A stretch of 29,928 nucleotides of DNA from Octopus sinensis (lineage: Eukaryota). The notes under the pieces were generated by a model. It saw only the letters and a program-made list of their open reading frames with translations. It ran no database searches and was not told the origin of the DNA. The position numbers and the translations under genes were made by a program. The stretch lies in NCBI RefSeq assembly GCF_006345805.1, contig NW_021832665.1:1-29928 (forward strand). Direction: 5' to 3'. Positions 21,238 through 29,928 of the stretch are shown here, piece by piece (position 1 is the stretch's first letter; each line of letters opens with the position of its first letter).

Positions 21238-22049
21238 GTATGTGTGTATATATATCTATGTATGTGTGCGTGCACAATGTATTAACGGATTTTATGTGTC
21301 ACGACTTTCAATAACTTGTACACAACATGTACAGAGGTCGACCATTATTTCCGCCCATTCATTCGCAGCCTAGAATTGCCAAAAAAATAATCAATAAAGT
21401 CCCACCTGTCATAAGAATTGCAGTGAAGTTAATTCCTCTGATGCTTACAGACGAACATGGTGGTTTGGTCGGGTTGGTACTGAAAGAAAAAGATAGAAAT
21501 TGAATGAGGTAAGAGAGATAAATTTACAGTAAATATAATTGGAGTCATGCTACAGCACAATAGTTGTGGTGAACGCCTAACTACCTAAAAGCCTAGCTAA
21601 AAGAGTAACCGATTTTATTTTTTCCCGCCAAAACTAATGCCACATAGGAAAAAATCCCTTAGGTGAGATACGTCGCCAGCGTTACTGACCATATAATGCG
21701 CTCTCGTCGGATTTTTGTTTCGCCCGAATACATCGAGTAGAGATATTGCATCGAGAAGAGAGAAGGAGAGTAGGAGTGAAGAAAAGTAGGAGTCGGATCA
21801 AGAGAGGGGAGGGGGAGAGAGACGAGGGGAGGAGTTTAGATGAAGAGGGGGGGAAGAGTTGAGCCCATGTCGTGCAAAGGAGCGAAGAGAGAAGATTAAT
21901 CCTTGTTCACGGCGCAAACGGGAGTCCGGATCTAGGAGTGGTACAACTACTTCAAATATGGTGGCACTTCAGTGGAGAGCAAGACACGCTCATGCAAGCC
22001 TCCACAAGCTGAAACGAGAAGTGGATTGAGAAGGTTCGGCGAGTAGACC

Positions 22050-22311
22050 ATTATTATTTTTTTTTTTTATTATTGTTGTTGTTGTTGTTCAGGTAACTGC
22101 TTGGAATCGAACTCGGAATTTTGAGGTTAGTAGCCCGCGCTCTTAGGAATGAAAACCCAGGTTCGAAATTTCCCCAAGACACCTGAAGAAGGCAGGAGGG
22201 TATATCAGCTGAAACATTGTGTCAACAACAAACAAGATGAAGACAAATATCCGTCAAATGTAAATAATGTAAATAATGTACATAATTCCTCATCTCTTAA
22301 ATATAGAACTG
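22050..22311 (+). mobile_element. Family H element, copy 3 (head inverted)
   Basis: 22050-22145 is the reverse complement of the (AAT)n linker and tRNA head (ttcaggtaactgcttggaatcgaactcggaatt..ggttagtagcccgcgctctta). It is joined via ctta to the plus-strand body ggaatgaaaacccagg...catctcttaaatatagaactg. Possible TSD cattat (22049-22054, 22312-22317). Confidence 0.85.
22178..22223 (+). ncRNA. Minimal hammerhead motif, decayed copy
   Basis: GACAC-CUGAAGA-A-GGCAG..CAGCU-GAAAC-AUU-GUGUC. Stem I is perfect; stem II and the stem III palindrome carry substitutions. Confidence 0.55.
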
Positions 22312-22759
22312 CATTATCAAGGTCAAGTTTTTCATTTTAATCCTTCGAGGTTGAGAAAATAAAGAACCAATCAAAGGTCGGGGGTTGAATCCTTCGACCC
22401 AACCATTTCTATCAAAAACAGAAAGCTCTGTTCCTAATTTGGAAGCAATAATTAATGAACAAATAAAAGCGATCTGATTATGTATGACTTCTCATCAGAG
22501 ACTGGCAAATTGATTCTATTTTCTCTCCGGTTTTGATTTTGTTTACGTTGCTTATTTGTCGTAAAATCTGTTGCTTCTTCGTTAGACTTTCATAACTCTC
22601 GGTGGGTGTCTAAGCAGTTATGTTGCGAACGACAATAAAATATTAGAGTTGCTGCGAAACAATACGTTCGCAAGTGGTGGAAAGAGGGAGAGGAGCAGAA
22701 GGAGGAAGGACGAAAAAGGAAATAGAAGGGGGTGGAGAAGCTGATGATGGGTGTCTTGT

Positions 22760-23170
22760 TGTTGTTGTTGTTGGGAGGGGTGGTGGTGGTGGTGGTGGTG
22801 GTGGTGGATGTGGTGGCGGTGGTGCTGGTGGTGCTGGTGGTGCTGGTGGTGCTGGTGGTGCTGGTGGCGGCAGTGGTGATGGTGATGATGACGATGATGA
22901 TGATGAGGAGGAGGAGGATGATGAGGATGATGAGGATGATGATATTGGTGGTAGTGGTGGTGGTGGTGGTGGTGGTGGTGGTGGTGGTGGCGGCGGCGGG
23001 GGTGGCGACTGTGGTGGCGATGATGAGGATGAGGATGATGACGATGATGATGATATTGGTGGTGGTCGTGGTAGTGGTCGTGGTGGCGTTACTGCTGACG
23101 ACGACGACGGCGGCGTCGATGATGACGATGATGATTATCATCATCATCATCATCATTATATGATGATGAT
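22760..23170. repeat. Compound triplet low-complexity tract: (GTT)(GGT)(GAT)(GAG)(CAT)
   Basis: Visible triplet runs, open in several frames on both strands. Confidence 0.9.
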
Positions 23171-23913
23171 GTTCGGTGACGAAGAAGGAGGTTTACAGCA
23201 GATAGAAAGAGTGTCTAGCGGGGAGATTAATTATATTCCAACAACAAGTAGCTGTTGAAGAAACACCACGAATGATCCTCTCTCCTCTTCATTCTACCGT
23301 TGTTTGGAGAATAACATTGCTGTCGCTGTTGTTGTTGTTGTTGTTGTAGTTGTTGTCAATGGAAGTGTGTCTGCCGTAGTTAGCGGTGTCGTTGTTTAAG
23401 TGTTACAATAATCAAGACGGTCTTGACAACGCAGTTGATTGTATTATCTCTGGAAAAGTTTGTTGTTTAAATTTAGTTCTATTATTTTTCACCTTTCTTT
23501 ATTTTATTTTATTGTCAAAATTCTCTCCTCTACAATTTATTTTTCAATAGAAAATGCTTTCGAGAAACCATTTTGAGACATAAAATGAAATACGATGAAA
23601 ATCGGGACTTTTCCTTTTCTCTTTTATTTTTTTCCTCCTTATTTTTTTTTTTCTTGGCAGACTTAATGTGATTTCCGTTACGCGGTGGTGAATGAATTGT
23701 ACTTCTAATTCGAGGAAAATTTGTTGTTTTTATTACTTTCGAGGAATTTTTTTATTACGATTTCTTACCTAAGGACAGGAAGATCACAAATCTGTACAAG
23801 GTTGGAGAATATATCATGGGCGGATGATATACTAGTTGGAATGTTCCTAAGTCCGTAGGTTCAATTCTTGTACCAGATTACGCGATCTTTTTGAATAAGA
23901 AAGTAAACCGCGT

Positions 23914-24309
23914 AAGGCGGCGAGCTGGCAGAAACGTTAGCACGCCGGGAGAAATGCATAACCGTATTTCGTCTGCCGTTACGTTCTGAGTTCAAATTCC
24001 GCCGAGGTCGACTTTGCCTTTCATCCTTTCGGGGTCGATAAATTAAGTACCAGTTACGCACTGGGGTCGATGTAATCGACTTAATTCGTTTGTCTGTCCT
24101 TGTTTGTCCTCTCTGTGTTTAGCCCCTTGTGGGTAGTAAAGAAATAGGTATTTGGTCTGCTGCTACGTTCTGAGTTCAAATTCCGCCGAGGTCGACTTTG
24201 CCTTTCATCATTTCGGGGTCGATAAATTAAGTACCAGTTGTGTACTGGGGTAGATCTAATCGACTGGCACCCTCCCCCCAAAATTTCGGACCTTGTGCCT
24301 AGAATACGA
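23914..24309 (+). mobile_element. Family B SINE with tandemly duplicated 184-bp body
   Basis: Head aaggcggcgagctggcagaaacgttagcacg, gtattt unit starts at 23964 and 24148. Flanked by a 17-bp imperfect TSD aagaaagtaaaccgcgt (23897-23913) / aagaaagtaacccgcat (24310-24326). Confidence 0.92.
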
Positions 24310-24684
24310 AAGAAAGTAACCCGCATGAACTTTACTGTTTCCCAGTTTTAGGACCCACCGAGCCGGATACTCGGTTTCCACGGCGTATTTGAGACCGAAA
24401 TGGTAGTATTCATCCTGAATGTACCAGTGCTCGACGGATATTTATTTTATCGACAGCGAAGCAATAAAAGGCAAAGTCGACCTCCGAGTCGTGGCATCTG
24501 ACAGAAAAAATACGTCTCTCCATTTTTTTCAAGTTTCGGGAAAGGGGGTGGGCTAAAGTTTATTATAAAGTCCTGCGGCATAAGGTTGTACCTTGGCCGA
24601 AGTCTAACTACTCCAACAGTAATTATGTGTGGACCCCAGCATGGCCGGAGTCTGACAAAAGGAAATAAAAGATAAAAGATATAT

Positions 24685-24850
24685 ACGCAGGAGTGGCTAC
24701 GTGGTACGAGGCTTGCTAACCAACCACATGATTCCGAGTTCAGTCCCACTGCGTGGCACCTTGGGCTAGTGTCTTCTACTATAGCCTCGGGCAGACCAAA
24801 GCCTTGTGAGTGGATTTGGTAGATGGAAACTGACTGAAAGAAGCCCGTCG

Positions 24851-24885
<35 letters not shown>

Positions 24886-25110
24886 TTGTTTGTGTGTGTG
24901 TTTGTGTTTATCTCCTCACCATCGCTTGACAACCGATGTTGGTGTGTTTACATCCCTGTAACTGAGCGCTTCGGCAAAAGAGTACGATAGAATAAGTACT
25001 AGGCTTGCAAAGAATAAATCCTGGAGGTCGATTTGTTCGACTAAAGGCGGTGCTCCAGCATGGCCGCAGTTAAATGACCGAAACAAGTAAAAGAATAAAA
25101 GTATAGAATA
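24685..25110 (+). mobile_element. Family A SINE, full length
   Basis: acgcaggagtggctacgtggtac...ccttgggctagtgtcttctactatagcc...cagcatggccgcagttaaatgaccgaaacaagtaaaagaataaaag. Confidence 0.9.
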
Positions 25111-25646
25111 GAGGGAAGACTGTCGGGGGGCCGCTTGATTGATGATTGGGGGTCGCGTTTAAGCATCGCTGCTCTACGTATTCGATCGACCTCCTAGAAA
25201 TAACAGCCAAATATCTCTCTTACAGCTGAATCTATCGCCTTATTGTAACAACACTTCGTATAATGTATACTTGATATGCAAAAAGAGAAGTGATAGTCAT
25301 AGATAGAACATCTTCGTACGTAGGTCGGTCTGCCACGTCATTTGTTTCCCCTGGGACTAAATTACAACAACAACGACACCAACAACACCCTGAAATTGTC
25401 TCATAGTTTAAACAAAGAGGCTGATTCACCTCGAAACAGGATGTGCATGAGAACACCTTCGCTTACGTGAAAATAATAAGCAACTACACAATTGGCCATT
25501 GTTGGTTCTAATTTCAACTGTCCACTCCACGTTCTAATTCCCTAAACGTGATATCTGATATCTTTCATTTGTTTCAGTGATTACACTGCGACCATACTGG
25601 GGCCCCACCTCGAAAAATTTCTAGCTGAATGAATAAACACCATTAT

Positions 25647-26039
25647 ACTCTTTTACTCTTTTACTTGTTTCAGTCATTTGACTGCGGCCATGCTGGAGCA
25701 CCGCCTTTAGTTGAGCAACTCGACCCCGGGACTTATTCTTTTTGTAAGCCCAGTACTTATTCTATCGGTCTCTTTTTGCCGAACCGCTAAGTGACGGGGA
25801 CGTAAACACACCAGCAATGCTAGGGGTACAAACACAGACACACAAACACATACATATACGTATATATACATATATACGACAGGCTTCTTTCAGTTTCCGT
25901 CTACCAAATCCACTCACAAGGCTTTGGTCGGCCCGGGGCTATAGCAGAAGACACTTGCCCAAGATGCCACGCAGTGGGACTGAACCCGAGACCATGTGGG
26001 TGGTTAGCAAGCTACTTACCACACAGCCACTCCTGCGCC
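25647..26039 (-). mobile_element. Family A SINE, full length
   Basis: From the tail actcttttactcttttacttg to the head accacacagccactcctgcgcc. An older A-like tail fragment lies just before it (about 25552-25645). Confidence 0.92.
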
Positions 26040-26373
26040 TACGTATTTTTAAATATTTGCGTGTTTTTAAATATTAAATATTTATATGTTTATATGCTTG
26101 TATGTTTTTAATACTAATATTATTTCGAACTTTAAATTGATTTATTAATGTCGAAGAAAGTACACATATATTACTGAATATTCTATTGGATAATAAGTCA
26201 TGTTCCTCTAGTTTTCCGTTCGTATTGCCTCCATTCAAATTATAAACAGGAACTTAGCTCAATTTGAGCACTTCGATCCTAGCCTGTTTCTGAGTATTGT
26301 TAATGTTAACAATCTCTATATAAAATAGTATAATTTATATAAAATAGTATAATTTATATATACATATATGTTG

Positions 26374-26570
26374 AATCGCTAGCTTCTGCACGCATTTTTT
26401 TCTCTCCTTGTTTCTCTCCGTGTTTCTTTTCTGTGTATCTTTCTGTTGAAGAGCGTAGGCTCGAAACGTAAAAGACTTGTTTATTTATATTCCTGAGCGC
26501 CATACTAATACAATTGTTTGTGTATCTCCACCTGCCTTCGTCTTTTGTTTATTTTTAAAGCTTCCCGTTA

Positions 26571-26575
<5 letters not shown>
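26374..26575 (+). mobile_element. Penelope-like pseudo-LTR type repeat fragment (family P, copy 2)
   Basis: Homologous to 13805-13980 and carries a hammerhead-like motif at 26438-26475. Confidence 0.6.
26438..26475 (+). ncRNA. Minimal hammerhead-like motif (variant core)
   Basis: UCUUU-CUGUUGA-A-GAGC(GUAG)GCUC-GAAAC-GUA-AAAGA: 5-bp stem I, 4-bp stem II, ACGU palindrome, GUA triplet. Confidence 0.6.
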
Positions 26576-26616
<41 letters not shown>

Positions 26617-26759
26617 TCATACATGCATATATATACGCATACATATATATATACGTTTATGCATAATCATATATGTGTGTGTGTGTGTGTGCATTCATAT
26701 AAGCATGTGCATATGTATCTCAGGAGAGAGAGAGACTGTATAATATAGATAGATAGATC

Positions 26760-26793
<34 letters not shown>

Positions 26794-27356
26794 TGGAGAG
26801 AGAGAGGTGGTAGGGAGAGGGTTAGCAGTTGACACTTAACTCGTTGTTTATGTGAATTTGTTTCAATTCACGCCGGTGAACTCTATTAAGCCAGTTTAAT
26901 CGGCAACCATTCATGCATTATTGCAAATTATTGGTCTATTCGTGATGGGGATCAGGACATCGTGCTCATTTGATTTGGTAGAATGCAGAAAATGTGTGAT
27001 TGACCTAGCCTTTGATTTCGCTTCTAACTATCATTAAAATGAAAAGGATTTAGCGTAAAAATATCTCTTCTTTGAATGTTATAGACGATAACCTTTGATA
27101 AATAGAGCGTATTCGTAATTCGGAGGGTTATGATCGCTGCAGGATGAATACAGTTAAGTGAAAATGGGTTCCATCTTGGATCGTGAAAGTGTGGATGTAT
27201 ATGTAGGGTTTCTAACATGTTTAAGAGAAGGATGTTGGGTGAAAATATTGATTTGAAGTGCAGTCAATCTATGTTAGTGTCGTCTGTGTGGGGAGCCGTT
27301 CAATTACGTCTATTTATATATGCATATGTTTTATTTATAAATGCAATTTACAGACA

Positions 27357-27542
<186 letters not shown>

Positions 27543-27636
27543 AATCGGTGTGTAGTAGAAAGGTAGATAAAATCTAAATAGCTGACACTCACACAAAACC
27601 CAAAGATACACACACACACACATACACACATATATA

Positions 27637-28034
27637 CTCTCTTTTACTCTTTTAGTTGTTCCAGTCATTTGACTGCGGTCATGCTGGAGCACTGCCTTTA
27701 ATCGAGCAACCCGACCCCGCTACTTATTCTTTTGTAAGCCCAGTACTTATTCTATCGGTCTCTTTTGCCGAACCGCTAAGTAACGGGGACATGAACACAC
27801 CAGCTTCGGTTGTCAAGCAATGCTAGGGGGACAAACACACACACGCATATATATATATATATACATATATACGACGGGCTTCTTTCAGTTTCCGTCTACC
27901 AAATCCACTCACAAGGCTTTGGTCGGCCCGAGGCTATAATAGAAGACACTTGCCCAAGGTGCCACGCAGTGGGACTGAACCCGGAACCATGTGGTTGGTA
28001 AACAAGCTACTTACCACACAGCCACTCCTGCGCC
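27637..28034 (-). mobile_element. Family A SINE, full length
   Basis: Co-linear with 25647-26039 and 19291-19697. Confidence 0.92.
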
Positions 28035-28041
28035 TATACAT

Positions 28042-28254
28042 ATTCTTTTATTCTCTTACTTGTTTCAGTCATTTGACTGCAGCCATGCTGGAGCGCCGCC
28101 TTTAGCCGATCAAATCGATCGCAGGACTTACTCTTTGTAAGCCTAGTACTTAGTCTATCGGGTCCTTTTGCCGAACCGCTAAGTTAGGAGGCCTTAAATA
28201 CACCAGTATCGGTAGTCAGGCGATATAGAAGGACACAAACACACACACACACAC

Positions 28255-28285
<31 letters not shown>

Positions 28286-28432
28286 CGACGGGCTTCTTTC
28301 AGTTTCCGTCTACCAACTCCATTGGTCGGCCCGAAGCTATAATAGAAGACATTTGCCCACGGCGCCACGCAGTGGGCCTGAACCGGGAACCATGTGGTTG
28401 GTAAGCAAGCTACTTACCACACACTCACACCT
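28042..28432 (-). mobile_element. Family A SINE, more diverged, tandem to the previous copy
   Basis: attctcttacttgtttcagtcatttgactgcagccatgctggagc...gtgggcctgaaccgggaaccatgtggttggtaagcaagctacttaccacac. Confidence 0.88.
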
Positions 28433-29055
28433 GTATTTTCTCTCTTACACATAAAACTAGTCATTTTATTCTTCCCTGCATTCTCTAATTCTAACATTTC
28501 ACGCCAATTCTTTAATCTCAGTGATGTACATTTTCCTTCTGATATTTTCGTTATGCCGTATTGTTCTTGTTCTAGTTGTTCTTGTTATTTCTGATGCGTT
28601 TCGCTGTTATTGTTGTTGTTGTTGTTGTCGTTGTTATATTATTGTTTTCTTGTTGTTGTTGTTGTAGCTATCGACTATTGGTGTTTGCGTTTAGGTCTGT
28701 TTACAAAATGGCGTAAATGAACAAAAACAGAAAAAATCTCATCAGCTATCGAGTCTTAAAGGATCATTTAAGTATGCCATTTATTCATGCAGATGGCGCT
28801 TTAGAGCAGATTGTGAGCAGTCTGAATTAAATAAACTTCTTCTCTCATAATTCCACTCTCTCTGTCTCTTTCTCTCTCTCTCTCTATCTCTTTCCCTCTT
28901 ACTCGCTCGCTCTCAGAATGTATATATGCATGTAGGTACACGCACATGTATATGTATACATACATATATATAGAGAGAGAGCGAGTGACAGACAGACAGA
29001 GACAGAGAGATACATACACACGCACATGTATATGTATATGTATATATCATATATT

Positions 29056-29102
<47 letters not shown>

Positions 29103-29379
29103 CAGAGAGAGAGAGAGACAGTCAGAGACAGAGAGAGACAGAGCCAGAGAGACAGAGATATGTACACATTTACATATGTATAGTCAAGCCAGGACCATGA
29201 TACACCCACAAATAGTAGCGTATTCCAGCTCCCGTATGTTGACGTATATGCAAAGATCTGCGTGTGTGTGTGTGTGTGTTGCACATTTCCTTAAATATTT
29301 TGCTTTGAATATTTATCTATACACATAAATGTATATTTAAATATGTCTATGCACGTTTTTGCATACATACATACACACA

Positions 29380-29403
29380 CACATATATATATATAATATA
29401 TAT

Positions 29404-29440
<37 letters not shown>

Positions 29441-29441
29441 C

Positions 29442-29500
<59 letters not shown>

Positions 29501-29659
29501 GTATAATACATATATATAGACGTATATATTATATATATGTATGTATGTATGTTGTATGTATGTATATTATATATATGAACATATGTTTTTTCAATGTGTC
29601 TAAATAAATGTCTATGTATGAATATGTATGTGTCAATGTATATGGAATATATAATTTAT

Positions 29660-29737
<78 letters not shown>

Positions 29738-29745
29738 GGATATGT
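29380..29745. repeat. Long interrupted (TA)n microsatellite
   Basis: Visible. Confidence 0.95.
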
Positions 29746-29928
29746 ATATAAATATATGTGTGTGTCTGTATATATGCATTTCGATAAATATTTATCTATC
29801 TCTACATGTTTATGTATGTGTGTGTATATATATATATATGCATATATATTCGGTGTGTAATGTGTGTGTATGTGTGTATAACATAGAAGAAAACACGCAG
29901 GTGGATGTGCCTAAAAATGACGTGCCGA

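Noticed and set aside
22590-23258. 194-aa Gly/Asp/Glu-rich ORF with poly-His, plus overlapping 143- and 188-aa ORFs
   Set aside because: Triplet repeats lacking stop codons are open in several frames on both strands, so there is no evidence of coding.

Overview
Repeat-dense eukaryotic (animal) genomic DNA with no supportable host protein-coding gene. The SINE families and dense (AT)n/(GATA)n/(CT)n microsatellites match my recollection of Octopus genomes; this is not database-verified. The window holds: about 25 tRNA-headed SINE copies or fragments from at least 5 families; a 5'-truncated CR1-type LINE (8404-10274, frameshifted RT); a full-length but dead Tc1/DD34E transposon (11492-13184); a hAT MITE with an exact 8-bp TSD (3181-3388); and degraded RTE-type LINE remnants. 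Most ORFs in the supplied track are microsatellite or SINE artefacts. The most notable observation is a tRNA-headed, SINE-like element in 3 copies (3807-4142, 7428-7594, 22050-22311). Its 3' part folds as a minimal type-I hammerhead ribozyme of the kind found in Penelope-like elements (PLEs), and every copy carries an inverted segment at its 5' end. This suggests a Pol III SINE mobilised by a PLE. A second, unrelated repeat family (13805-13980, 26374-26575) also carries a conserved minimal hammerhead-like motif.
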